Assembly (NCBI GenBank): GCA_951406725.2
Contig: OX597814.1
Coordinates: 32,116,001 to 32,180,000, forward strand
Source of the DNA: Octopus vulgaris
Taxonomy: Eukaryota
Length of the DNA: 64,000 bases
Direction: 5' to 3'
Of the stretch, positions 38,096 to 51,607 are shown piece by piece; the first letter of the stretch is position 1; each line of letters begins with the position of its first letter. The position numbers were made by a program, and so were the translations under genes. The notes beneath the pieces were generated by a model. That model saw nothing but the letters and a program-made list of their open reading frames with translations, was not told the DNA's origin and did not search any database.

Positions 38096-40609
38096 GGATA
38101 TAGATATAGATATCGATATATAGAAAAATCGGCGGATCCATGATCAGAATTTCTACACCACAAGTATTATGAAATACATTTCAGTCGCCTTTTCTTTCAA
38201 ACTCATTGAAACTATGAATCTAAGTGTTTACATTATTGGACGATTGTGAAATGTGATTTGAGGAAAGATTTGGTTGCTATTTCTAGAATGTAGTGTCAAG
38301 CTGAAAAATTGTAGTTAATGTGTATGTGTTCGCACAGATTCAAGACTTCGTAAAACTTCAGAATGCATTAGTAGAGGGAATAAACTCACGTACGCACACG
38401 TATATACTCACACGCTTATATATCTGTATATAAATATACACATGTGTGTGTACTATACATACACACATACATACATGCATATGTATATATATATATATAT
38501 ATATATTTACTCCATATTTAATAACACACACATATATATATACAACTATATACATACATATATATATAGAGAGAGAGAGCGATAAATAGATAGGGAGATA
38601 AAGAGATAGGTAGATAGATAGATATCTGGATAGATAGATAGATATCTGGATAGATAGATAGATATCTGGATAGATAGATAGATATCTGGATAGATAGATA
38701 GATAAATAGATATATAATTTGTGTGTGTGCATGTGTGTGTGCGCGTGCGTGCGTGTGTGTGTTACTATAACTAAGGAATGCATTTTCTTTCTCCAGCCAA
38801 CATTAATCTACGATGTTCAACCTGTCTTTTTGTATACCTTCTATAAATTAAGTACGACAAAAAGAATGAAATAAAACCAAAACAATGAAATAAACCTGGA
38901 TAGAATTTTGGCTTTCAGAAGACATCCTTTTGCATTTGTTCTTCGTCACATGTTTACGCCATAGCCATGCATATATATTTTACGATCTCTATTGAATCTT
39001 GCCTTTCAGTGATCTTCTGTCGTTCTTACAAATTAATCAAATAAGATTATGAGAAACCTTTCATTCTATATATTGGCAAGAATGCAGACCAGATTATTTG
39101 TTAGTGAAAAGATTAAAAATTATACTATAGTATGTAAGAAATTTTCTACTTATTTCCCACTGCTTTGATTTACAAGTCTCAGTTAATACGACTTGTATAA
39201 GATTTTAAAGATATAAAGTATTCATTCTATAAGGAAATTAATTATGAAATTAAGAAGACTAATTAAAAACATATCTCAATTTCTCGTCATGCAGATTTTC
39301 AAGATTTTTATTGGTTAATGCTGACATATGAAAAAAAAAAAACAGTTTTCAGCATGAGTGTTCGAAGTTGCTGTTTTGTTTTTTGCCTATTTTCTTTTCT
39401 GGTCAAATATATAGTCTTCTGTAAACGACGGATGGAAATCTATGTTTTAAAGCACATCAAATGCTAAACTTTCCTATAAAAAGAAAGAATAATTATTGGT
39501 TTTACTTAAATTATGAGAGATAAATCTCTACGTCATTCCGATATTACTTTAAGCAATAGGCTGAGGTTTGTTTTTTTTTTTTCTATGTGTGATATATCAC
39601 AATGAAAGTTTAACTTAATCACCATGAGTATTGTTAGATCTAATACTTATGTCAGTGCTTTATCAGAAGGGGTTCATTATCGGCCTTGTCATATTGTTGA
39701 AGTTCAATACAAAACCTGCGACTTTATCTTCAAAATCCCAGCCTATACATCAGACAGCTGTACAAATGTGTACTTTTTATAATGTTAAACGTTGTTAGTG
39801 AGGACTTTGAAATGCATCTAGTCAGACAATACCAGTGATTAAACTCTGCAGGCATCATATATGTAATGTAACAACAATTACAGACATCTTTCTTTGCGCT
39901 GACCTAACTAAAGTCCAAACTATTGTTAAAGCATTGGGTACGTTAATGTCCTTGAGAAACACGACTTTTTGAGGTTTATACTTGAGAAAACATATTTCTG
40001 AACTTGTTTACTATATTAACCGTGAGCGAGAACTAACTTTGGAAACATTTGCTGAAGTAATTCATACGAAAGAATTCATTTTTGTTGACAACATATGACA
40101 AAAGAATAATATACTGACACTCCTAGAGGTATGAAACATGGAAACAAAGATTTCTATGTTACATTATTCTGCACAAAAATGTAACAACAAAAACTAAACA
40201 TGCATTACGGACATGTATACATACAAACACAAAATGACACTCACTTACACACACATTCACACACACACGCACACATACACATACACGTATGTAAGTATGT
40301 TTATATGTATGTATTTATGTACGCATGTATGTATACATAAAGGCAGTATCATAGGATCATTTATAATTCAGCTTTACGATCTTCTATATGAAGTGGTTAT
40401 TCAAGAGAAGAAATCTAAAGGATTATCTATTCTATTATATATCCAAAATTAAAAGAACAACGCGACACATGACACGAAGTATTATTCCTAACCTACGATG
40501 TTTTTACTAAATGACAACACAGCCTTTTCTTCAAGAGATAGAAACGTAGCTAGATACGGCTGTTTCAAAAATCACGTAACACATTAAATTTCTCCTTCAA
40601 TATATATTT

Positions 40610-40659
<50 letters not shown>

Positions 40660-40727
40660 GCATACATATATACATACATAAATATAAATATACGGATGCA
40701 CATATTTACATGTATCTATGCATCTAT

Positions 40728-40758
<31 letters not shown>

Positions 40759-40760
<2 letters not shown>

Positions 40761-41348
40761 GGGTAAATGTTTTTGTAATTTTCCTTTAATTTCTGAATTA
40801 CTACTATTTAGCGGTTTGAGTCTTGGCTGCTCTTTCTAGTGGGTCGAATGGCCTATCGGGGCCGTTCCTCAATGTTGTTGAAATTATATACATAGTCTGT
40901 GACTATTTTCTCTTTCTCACTAGACCGCTGGTGGCAAAAAATTTCTATTGAATTTTTTACTACCCTTATATTGATTAATTACTGATTTTCTGACTAATTC
41001 TGAAATTGAACCAGCGGTTTATATTTGCTGCTGATAAGTTGGCGCGATTACGGTGGTTTTGAAAATTTAGGGTATATATTCCCGAGGCACAAATGCTGCT
41101 GCCTCGTATATATCTATTCCTCCTGGCTTTTTTCCGATGATTGGTAGATTGACTTGATTAAATTTAATTTAATTTAATTAGGCTGGTTTGCCATAAAGAA
41201 CGTCGAAACAATGCATTCTCTAAAGATAAATAGGGTAAATGTTTTTTAATTTTCCTTTAATTTCTGAATTACTACTATTTAGCGGTTTGAGTCTTGGCTG
41301 CTCTTTCTAGTGGGTCGAATGGCCTATCGGGGCCGTTCCTCAATGTTG

Positions 41349-41353
<5 letters not shown>
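40759..41353 (+). mobile_element. Partial-tandem (472-bp period) non-coding element with degenerate HHR, PLE-pLTR or retrozyme-like
   Basis: Near-identical ~124-bp direct repeats at 40759-40882 and 41231-41353; both ends in (TA)n. Confidence 0.7.
41127..41226 (+). ncRNA. Degenerate hammerhead-like motif
   Basis: cCGATGA, long G-U-rich hairpin (tggtagatt..ggtttgcca), GAAA c aatgcatt c TC. U4->C change and one broken stem III pair. Confidence 0.35.
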
Positions 41354-41383
<30 letters not shown>

Positions 41384-41799
41384 TATATATATATATTTAT
41401 ATATATATATATGCATATAAATATGTACAGTTTGATTTCAGGTATGCATTACTACTTTTTTCACAGAAGGTTTAGAGTAACATCTGATATCTGGAATATG
41501 ATGATACTAACAGTACATTACGTATTATGCGGGCCTGAATCACTTCATTTGAAGCCGAGAATATAATGACAAGAGTCGCAAATAACACATTTAGAAACAA
41601 CATGGCATGAAACAACCTGCAAGAAAGAAATATTTAAAACTTGAACCGGAAAAAAATATTAATCTAAAGTTCTCGTGTACCCGAAATGCATTAGTAGAAA
41701 TACACCCAGTGCCATATTAATGAAACACACAGATGAGCCGCTGAAAACGTAGTCCTTAATCAGGGTAGAAACATAGTGGAAAACATATTCCAATTTCTA

Positions 41800-42019
41800 T
41801 ATGCGCTCCGTGAAAGCAGTCACCTAAAAGTTTTTGTGAATCTTGAAGTTGACATAAATTCCTTGTTTTTCCTGATGAGAAAGCGGCATAATGTACTCCT
41901 TATTCCTTCACAATTAGGAATATGCAGCCTTCGAAACATATGTCGAAAATAAAGGAAATTTGTTAATTTGTCGTTCAACTCCATTCTTTCATTTATTCAT
42001 AAATTTTATTTAAAAAAAA

Positions 42020-42080
<61 letters not shown>

Positions 42081-43621
42081 TGAGAGAGAGAGAGAGAGAG
42101 AGAGAGTTCCTTTTTGGTAACTCGAAACGGATAAAACTATAAATAACGGGTAAATATTAGGTAAGCGAACTCTATAGAGAGGAAAAGTCAATGCATTAAC
42201 TTATATCTGTCCCTGTTTATACCAACAAAGAAAATGTAGTCATTGCTTAAATCAATAACAAAATTTAGGTCATTATTTTAATTGAAATTGAATGCACTCT
42301 ATGAATTCTTTACTATTCACAGAGACCCGTTAAAAAAAGGTACCGATCTAATTGATACGCCCATAGGTTTATATTATAAGATTGGGTAATGTGAGCTTAT
42401 GGAATTATATGTTTCAGGTTCTATCCGAAGGACATTCAACCACACAGACGTCAGTGTACATAGAGATGGCGGCCTCAAAATTTTTCACTATGTGACCAGT
42501 CAACCTTTAGACATGCTCAGAGAATTTTTCAATAATGTTCTGAACGAATTCACTTTTAGTATTACAATAACAATCAAACTCAATGTGTTCAATAGATACA
42601 TGCTTTCCACTTTTTAATAATTTTTACAGCTACATCTCTGTACAGTATACCACTCAATACCATCTACCAATAGCAAAAATGAGACGGAAGTGTACTATTA
42701 TCAGTTTGTAACAACAACTTTATCCTATAGTTAACTTCCTCTCTCTCAACCTTTTTTAAAAAAAACTTATGCAGAATGTTATAAATTCTAAATGTTAGCT
42801 GCAGCAATATTATCAGTAACAGGAAGTATATTTTTAGTATCTACAAAAGAAATAAGAATAATTATTGTAACAGTATTCCATCAATAATCATCCCAGTGCT
42901 ATTGCCCCATAAGTAGCATTATTAATTACTGAAGGGCAAGGGCCATTACACTTGCAGATTCTGTGAGGCCAGTTATGTTGATATTGGTAAAATTTCGTTT
43001 ATGCATTTGCGGGTAAATATTCAAGCGGTCAACATCCTACAGGGAAATGACGGGGAATAATGGCTGCTGCAATGCCAGGGTATATTCGATGCAACAACAG
43101 CGATGAGAAGTAAAGAGGTGAGTGTATAGTGAGAGCCTACGTGGTGGAAGTATGCGATCATCTAGCTTGGAGAATCATGAGCTACTAGTGTGGACATACA
43201 GAAGGCAGAGAGAGGTGACAGCATGACAATGGTAAGTGGCTAACGTGTATCATTCAGTGACTGAATGCCAAGTAGTCGAGCGGCTTTCTACCAAATACGG
43301 TGTAGAATGCCAAGTAGTCGAGCGGCTTTCTACCGAATACGGTGTAGAATGCCTGTGTTTGCTGTAACAACGCCATGTCATATTTTGGTGCCATACTCCA
43401 ATTTGGATTTAAATTGAAACATTTAGTTTACCAGGAACTGTGAAGAGTGCAAAGAACCTACGTTGCTGAAACACCTCGTGCTTTTGGAGTGACTGTTAGG
43501 GTTCTTCCTGAGTGGTGTGCTGCGCTGATGTTTTCTTGATATTAGTAATTCTTGATCGTTTCCTGTTAAAAAAGGAGTCCAAGACGACACTGAGGAATCT
43601 TCTGAATTGTATTTATAAGCA
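41800..43621 (+). repeat. Local duplication, inserted copy of 51346-53243
   Basis: Near-identical sequence (identical ORFs 42399+ and 51923+), lacks 53006-53102, flanked by 42-bp direct repeats. Confidence 0.95.
43263..43353. repeat. 42-bp tandem repeat, ~2.2 copies (also at ~52788-52878)
   Basis: gaatgccaagtagtcgagcggctttctacc(a/g)aatacggtgta twice. Confidence 0.95.
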
Positions 43622-43909
43622 GGGTAGAACCATAGTGGAAAACATATTCCAATTTCTATATTTGTGCTGCTAAGGGCTTGTCATTCACTAACACAATATT
43701 TTTTTTTATGTTTAATATATCATAAATCAACAGAGCTAAGATAAAGGAAAATACTATAGACCGCCAGTTTGGATTGAAATATAAGTACTGAAATATAAGT
43801 AACATATAATCTTTCAGTGAAACTATTTCTGAGTTTTTAGCTCCTCATAAGAGGAGGGAATACGAATTTGGCTTCCTTCTCCACTTCATAGCATATGTTT
43901 TTTGTTTTT

Positions 43910-44298
43910 TTTTACTTGTTTCAGTCATTTTGACTGCGGCCATACTGGAGCACCGCTTTTAATCGAGCAACTCGACCCCGGGACTTATTCTTTGTAAGCC
44001 CAGTACTTATTCTATCGGGCTCTTTTGCCGAACCGCTAAGTGATGAGGACATAAACACACCAGCATCGGTTGTCAAGCAATGCTAGGGGGACACACACAA
44101 ACATACACGCACATACATATATATACATATATACGACGGGCTTCTTTCAGTTTCCGTCTACCAAATCCACTCACAAGGCTTTGGTCGGCCCGAGGCTATA
44201 GTAGAAGACACTTGCCCAAGATGCCACGCAGTGGGACTGAACCCGGGACCATGTGGTTGGTAAACAAGCTACTTACCACACAGCCACTCCTGCGCCTA
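43910..44298 (-). mobile_element. SINE family A, full length
   Basis: Same consensus. Confidence 0.95.
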
Positions 44299-44745
44299 TA
44301 TGCAATAATTTGTCATTTACTAAGCTTGAACTGTGAGGGAGAATATAATTTTTATATTTCTGCATTTGAATCCATATTATTAGCTAAATTCTTGACTGCT
44401 TTTATAAGTAGTAGCTATGGGTTATTGATCGTAGAAATAATCCCAGTAGGACCTTTCTCACCTTTACCCGCACAGGAGAGGTAGTCAACGTATGTGATTT
44501 CATTTCTAATCAAACCAATGTGATGTTTTCTTATATTTACATTGCTTCATTTCTGATTTCCGCTGTATAGTGAACAAACTGACACACGTACGCACGCACA
44601 CGCGCAAACACGATCGTGTACGCACACACAGAGAAGCACACATTCACGCACATTCCTCTGTATATGTGGTGTGCATGCGACTGTTTGAGAGTATGGATAC
44701 ATATTTATATATAAGTTAATATGTTTATGTATATTTTCATATCTA

Positions 44746-44800
<55 letters not shown>

Positions 44801-44919
44801 ATATATATGTGTGTGTATAGATATATAATCATATATATATATAATGATATATATACCGCTTATGTGTGTATAGGTATATAATCATATATATATATAATGA
44901 TATATAAATACCGATTTTG

Positions 44920-44970
<51 letters not shown>

Positions 44971-46067
44971 ATGTATATATATATATATATGTATATATAT
45001 GAACAAGTATATTCAAATATACTTTTACATATACATACATACACACACAAACACATATATATATGTATGTATTATATATTTTATGTATATAGCTATATTG
45101 AGGAATACTTGTAAATGTATGTGTATATATATTTATATATATAAACATAAACACATTACCAATAGATATACGTACACGTACACACACATAAATAAGACAC
45201 ATTTTTAGCATTCCATTGTATATGAATTAGAAAGTATAATGACCACCAATAATCAATTATTGAATATGCTGCCTCGATTATAATATTTTAGTTCGGCATA
45301 CGCAGAAATTGCAGCCGGAGAAAATGTTTACGCTGCCAATAGTAATTTGATCAAATATGTTTTTCCATATTTATCAGTTATGCTGTTTTCCTTTCTTTCA
45401 GTAAAATACACACGCTCAATATAAAACGAATTTCAAATACCCATCATTTTTGCTTAAATCTTGACACCAATTCGTTTAATATACGGATATTTTACCAAAT
45501 ATCCTAAGGTAGTGTATTTTCTTTCGTTTTCTTTCAAATATTATGATGTACAATAATATAATTTCTTGCAGTTCAACAATAACAAAATAGGATGTTAGAG
45601 AAATTGTACATTTTTGGGAGAAAATTATTCCTACTGAAATATTTTTTGTAGTCTGCAGAAGCACAGGACGCCGTGTACATAGATAACAGTAATAATACAA
45701 AAGACACATAAAAAGCATGACCAAATACACTCATACACACACATGTACGCGCGTGTAAACACTCATACACATACACAAATCTTTATTGACGCATATACAC
45801 ATATTGTGTCCATAATATAATGGACGGAAGCCGGAGTTTTAAAACATCGGTAACACCACTTATAGAAAGCACACACATGTATAAATTTTCACAAGCAGTT
45901 CAGCAACTCAGACTAAACTATCGTACCCAAACAGATATATTCTCAAAACAAAATCACACATACTAACAAGCGTGGCGCGGTATGTATGTATGACTGTATG
46001 AATATATACACACCTAATATATATACATACACACGCACATATACATATATATACTTATATATATGTA

Positions 46068-46112
<45 letters not shown>

Positions 46113-46203
46113 TTACACACGTTATATATATATACACATATATACATGCACATATCATATATATGTATGTATATCTATATATATATGTATATTTATATAT
46201 ATG

Positions 46204-46270
<67 letters not shown>

Positions 46271-46406
46271 ATGTATGTATATGAGGAATTGCTTCTATGA
46301 ATAACTGTTATTAAACATTGAGATCGCTTCTCTTTCCGTGCAAATTATTCAAATGTTCAGTGGAAAATAATGTTTCCTACATTTTGGAAGAAGAAAATTT
46401 GTTTCC

Positions 46407-46444
<38 letters not shown>

Positions 46445-46959
46445 CACAACACCCACACGCACAGATGCACAAACACACACGCGAAGAAAGAACAACAACA
46501 GACATGCGAATAATATATGTACGAAGTTGCATTTTGTTTTTATAATTCTAATAACTAGTGTTCCGATACTGGAATATTAAACGAAGGTGAATTTTTTGAC
46601 GCTGTTGTTTCTTGCTCACTTCAGTATTGTTTAAGGTATTCGAGACAGATATTTATTATTTTATTTTAGTTGTTCCATTCCGAAGCTGCTGTTAAAGTTT
46701 CACTTTGCTCTGTGTAGCTGTTCCTTTCCAGTAACATTATTAAATAATTTGTATTCAGTGCTATTTCCTGTTTTCAGTGACAATACCTGGTATCAGAAAA
46801 ACCTATTGAATTCACTTCTTTATTCGTAACTGATTTACTTCCATACTTAGGTTAGTTTTTTTTTTCTTTACTTACACGAGTACACAAATGCACACACGCA
46901 CGCCCACCCACACATTTACACTCATCAACAGACGGATGTACATGTAACATGTAACATGT

Positions 46960-47095
46960 AAGTTTGGCTATGGTTAAGAAGTTCGATTCCTGAACATGTG
47001 GTTTCGAGTTTAATCCTACTGTGCAAGTTTGGAAAGTATCGCGTCTTTCGCTTTAAAGTCGGGTCAACTAAAAAGCTTGATGTGTAGACAGAGAT
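46960..47095 (+). mobile_element. SINE family A-like head, degenerate
   Basis: ttggctatggttaagaagttc..catgtggtttcgagtttaatcctactgtg. Confidence 0.5.
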
Positions 47096-47637
47096 TCGTA
47101 ACGATTTTGTCGTAAGCATCGTGTTTCAGCTGAACACGCTTCGAAATCAACCCAGGAAGTGTACTGACGGTTGCTTCTGTTCAGGTACGTGATGTTGATA
47201 AGCCACAAAATGGTGTAATATCAGCATCAATCTCTCTTGTGTGGGACTGGAGGTGAGTTTTCTTGTCTGTCTATGACTTTCAGGTATTTTAACACCCAGT
47301 ACTATGAAGCGGTCGTTCTCAAAGCGCTATGGCGCAGTGAAGCGCCCGAAAAAACCAAAACACATACATCAAGTATGTGCGCTCATAATGTTTACAAAAT
47401 CTAGCGCTGTTTTTCATACGTAATTGAAATTATTCTTATGTACATACTGTAGTGGCATATCAGAGTATGCTTCTCACACTGTTTACATACCGATCCTGTT
47501 CATCTTGGGTTCGCTTCATGTACGTGATGTTGCTAAGACACAAAAATGGCGAAACAGCAGTCCTCCACAAAGCCCCACAGCACAGAGAGACGACGAACAA
47601 GCAAAATACATACACTGAGAATGTGAATTCGATAATA

Positions 47638-47778
47638 TTAGGTTGTCCCAAAAGTTCGTAAACACTTGCGAAAATTGAATTTTTACTTGCCAAGTACTAA
47701 CAAAAACAACAAAAATTATTCCTCAAAATAAAGACCATTATTTTCCAAGACTTTCTACGAACTTTTGGGACAACTTTA
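47638..47778. mobile_element. Tc1/mariner-type MITE
   Basis: TA|ttaggttgtcccaaaagttcgta ... tacgaacttttgggacaacttta|TA; TIRs match 21/23. Confidence 0.85.
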
Positions 47779-47840
47779 TATATGCGTGTGTTTATGGACG
47801 TATGTATATGTTTATGCATATGCATGTATATTTATATAAG

Positions 47841-47904
<64 letters not shown>

Positions 47905-48691
47905 TCTTCTACATATGTGGGAAATGCTGTCTCTAGGCGTGTTTGTCGATTTTGATGAAACCTGAAACGTGAGTAGAATCGTGTCTGGAAACCTCTTGGC
48001 ATACTCAGATTGTTGAAAAAAATGGATAATAGGGCCCCTAGAAGGGATCTTTAAATATAGCCAAGGGAAATAACACATTCATTTCCTAAATTATTTGGTA
48101 AAAATGAAATTGAGTATGCTTATTTCTTAGTATTTGAACTGTTAGAGTTTTTGTCGCAAAAACAAGTAAATAGTATTTTCCTAAACAATGGAGGCATTTA
48201 TTTCGGTTAATGACTTATTCCCAAATATACCAATACTAGCAGATTTACAGGTAATGTTCTCTTGTAATGCAGAAACGCGCTTTTCAGACTTATTTACTTA
48301 AAATTGTTATTACCTCATATCTGATTAGCCTGTTTTTACGTAACATGCTTCACGAGTTTATAACACATACCTGATTAGTATTTCCTCTTAGGTTCTATAC
48401 ACTCTGAGAACGCATTAAAGCTCTTTTCGGGGCTACTTTATTTGAATTCTTACTATAGGGGAAGTAATTTCACGTTATTACATAACTGTCTTCAAAATTT
48501 GGGTATTCATAACTAATTGTGAATTCCAGAATACATGATTCTGTGTAAGACAATTCGGTAGTGTCTGTAAATGCAGAAAACCCGTTTTAAGGACTACAAG
48601 CTTTATATTGTTGTTATTGAATTCACGAAACAATTATGAGAAGGAAAACAAGGGATAAGCCGCGCTTCCCCGGGAATTATCGGGTACGTCA

Positions 48692-48748
<57 letters not shown>

Positions 48749-48801
48749 ATGTATATGTGTATATATGTATATATATGTATATATGTGTATATATGTATGT
48801 A

Positions 48802-48878
<77 letters not shown>

Positions 48879-48933
48879 TATGGACAGCACATACAGGATG
48901 TATATATGCATACATATGTACATACATATATAC

Positions 48934-48996
<63 letters not shown>

Positions 48997-49021
48997 CATA
49001 CAAATATAAATGTATATATAT

Positions 49022-49240
49022 TCTTCATTCTTTTATTCTTTTGTTTCAGTCATCTGACGGCAGCAATGCTGGAGCACCGAGCTTAGTCGAACAAATCGTC
49101 CCCAGGACTTCTTTGTAAGCCTAGCACTTATTCTATCTGTCTCTTTTGCCGAACCGTTAAGCTATGGGGACATACGCACACACATTGCCACCAGCCCTCA
49201 TTGTTTTCAAGCGACTGTGGTTGGACAAACACAGGCACAG
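49022..49240 (-). mobile_element. SINE family A, 3' half
   Basis: tgtttcagtcat..gctggagcacc..ttttgccgaaccg. Confidence 0.85.
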
Positions 49241-49244
49241 AAAC

Positions 49245-49305
<61 letters not shown>

Positions 49306-49343
49306 CGTATATATATATATACACTTATATATATGTTTGTGTG

Positions 49344-49395
<52 letters not shown>

Positions 49396-50004
49396 AATAA
49401 TTAGTGTAAGTCTGAGTGTAAACCAGAGTACAAGCATATTTCCACATTGCTCTGCTTCCACTATTGTTATAAAAAATACTCATTTTAGCGAAGAATAGAA
49501 CAAAAATGTGGCCGCTATGTCCTATATATTCCATCACCCACCTCTACGAGATACTTGTCCATCACAGGATTATTCATTATTGACAATTGAGCGGACTGTA
49601 ACAACGCGAAATTGTTTTGCTCGTGTATAAAACTCATCGTTAGATCAAGGAATCAAAAAACACGACCTCACGTACAAGAGTGCAACAATCTAATCACTAA
49701 TCCCCATGTTGCCACGATATCTGAAGTGCTTGATGTGAAAATGGAATAGTAAATCTTTAAACAGCCAAGATGTAATGTTATGATACATCGGATGGCTTGT
49801 CACTTATGAATATAGAATACTTTACTAATGAGATCGAGTGTTAATTAACTTTCAGTTAGGATGAATTTCAATAAATATATGGATAAATTACATTGGAATT
49901 AAGTAATGACTTTCTTTACATAAATCTTTATACACACACACACATTCACAAACATATAAACTCATAAATACATAAACACACACATATGCCTATGTAAATA
50001 TATA

Positions 50005-50070
<66 letters not shown>

Positions 50071-50096
50071 TACATACATATATATATATGCATAAT

Positions 50097-50439
50097 GGAA
50101 GAGCAATGGCCCAGTGATTAGTGGACTTGCGATCGTAGGATCGCGTTTTCGATTCCGTGGGTGGGCATTGTAAGTGTTTATTGAATGGAAACACCTGAAC
50201 ATTCACGAGATTTGGCAGGAGGTAGTGGTGAACTCTGTATTCTTTGATCACAACTTTCTTTCTTTCTTCTTCTGTCTGTCGTACCTGTATTTCAAAGGGC
50301 CAGCCTTGTCACACTGTGTGTGACGCTGAATCTCCACGAGCACTCCAAACTGTAGAATGCTCAGCCCCTTCCACATTAATTTCACGAGCAAGCTGTTCCT
50401 TTGATCGGATCAACTGGAACTCACGTCGTCGTAACCGAC
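50097..50439 (+). mobile_element. SINE family C-related
   Basis: tRNA-like head; 3' part ttcaaaggg..cagccttgtcac..ttaatttcacgagcaagctgttcc..cgtcgtcgtaaccg shared with the 57045 copy. Confidence 0.8.
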
Positions 50440-50529
50440 ACAATACCACGATATGCATGTAAATTTTATATATATTTGCGTGTATGTATATATGAAACAT
50501 TTATCAATTGAGTAGCAAGATTATGTGTT

Positions 50530-50710
50530 TAAACAGATATTGTTGTATTTCATGATGGTTATTTATTTATTTTTTGTTTCTTTTTGTTTTTTGCCAAATA
50601 AACTCACGCACCATATATTTGTTCTTCACTCGTTTATTACTGTTCTTATATTAATTCTTGTCCATTGTGTCCGGAAATCTTTCATCACACATCTATAACC
50701 TCTTTTCATT
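50530..50710 (-). mobile_element. Diverged solo pLTR fragment related to 31500-31685
   Basis: tgttgtatttc..atggttattt..gccaaataaactcacgcaccatatattt..tctttcatcacac aligns by eye to the reverse complement of 31540-31680. Confidence 0.55.
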
Positions 50711-50948
50711 TTTCACATCATGGAAGATCAGAATGGAGTAATTGGAGCAAGAGCATGCACAAAAGTGAAAGTGTAACTGAAGAGGTCATAGATGTATGAC
50801 GCAAAAATTCCGTACAATGGACATGAGTTGAAATAAGAACAGTAATAAAGGAGTGGAGAACAAATATGCAGTGCATGTGTTTATTTTGTACGAAAAAAAT
50901 GACCCTCCCAAAATGCAACAATATATATGAAACAATTATGTATGTAAA

Positions 50949-51317
50949 TCTCTCTATATATAAACGGCAGTTTGTCTGTGCGTGTTTCTGTGTGTCTGTT
51001 TGCTTGTACCCTCACCCTGACCACGGCTTTCAACCGATTCTGATGAAACTTGACACACACATAGCCCAATGTCATAATTCAAAACTAACGCAGCCAAACT
51101 TTTTAAAAGTTCCCCCAGTTCTGAAATAAATCGATAAATTCGACATGGGGTCGAGAATCAGAAACACGAACCACAAACTGTCTAGGGGACGCAACTCCAT
51201 CCTTTTTTAACTCTCAAAAAAAATTACCATCATTTTTTTCAATTTTTTTGCTATTTTTTGGCTATAACTCTCTAAAAATGCTTTACAAACCTGAGCAACG
51301 CCGGGCGATACTGCTAG
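50949..51317 (+). mobile_element. Non-autonomous Helitron
   Basis: A|TC start; same 3' end (gagcaacgccgggcgatactgCTAG|T) as 36139-36537. Confidence 0.85.
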
Positions 51318-51345
51318 TTATATATATATATATATACATTATCGC

Positions 51346-51564
51346 TATGCGCTCCGTGAAAGCAGTCACCTAAAAGTTTTTGTGAATCTTGAAGTTGACA
51401 TAAATTCCTTGTTTTTCCTGATGAGAAAGCGGCATAATGTACTCCTTATTCCTTCACAATTAGGAATATGCAGCCTTCGAAACACATGTCGAAAATAAAG
51501 GAAATTTGTTAATTTGTCGTTCAACTCCATTCTTTCATTTATTCATAAATTTTATTAAAAAAAA

Positions 51565-51607
<43 letters not shown>

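Noticed and set aside
41870-41900. CTGATGA directly followed by GAAA (also at ~51418)
   Set aside because: No stem II, stem III or stem I pairing.
42399-42617. 72-aa ORF present twice (also 51923-52141)
   Set aside because: Identity is explained by the recent duplication; no independent coding evidence.
43263-43353. Repeat array resembling CRISPR
   Set aside because: Head-to-tail tandem without spacers, in a eukaryotic context.
47180-47551. Diverged ~36-bp direct repeat (ttca.gtacgtgatgttg.taag.cacaaaa) about 336 bp apart
   Set aside because: Too short and degenerate to assign a structure.
48540-48645. Possible decayed HHR (gaattc ac GAAAcaatt) next to a TA-inserted fragment
   Set aside because: No recognisable CUGANGA core.
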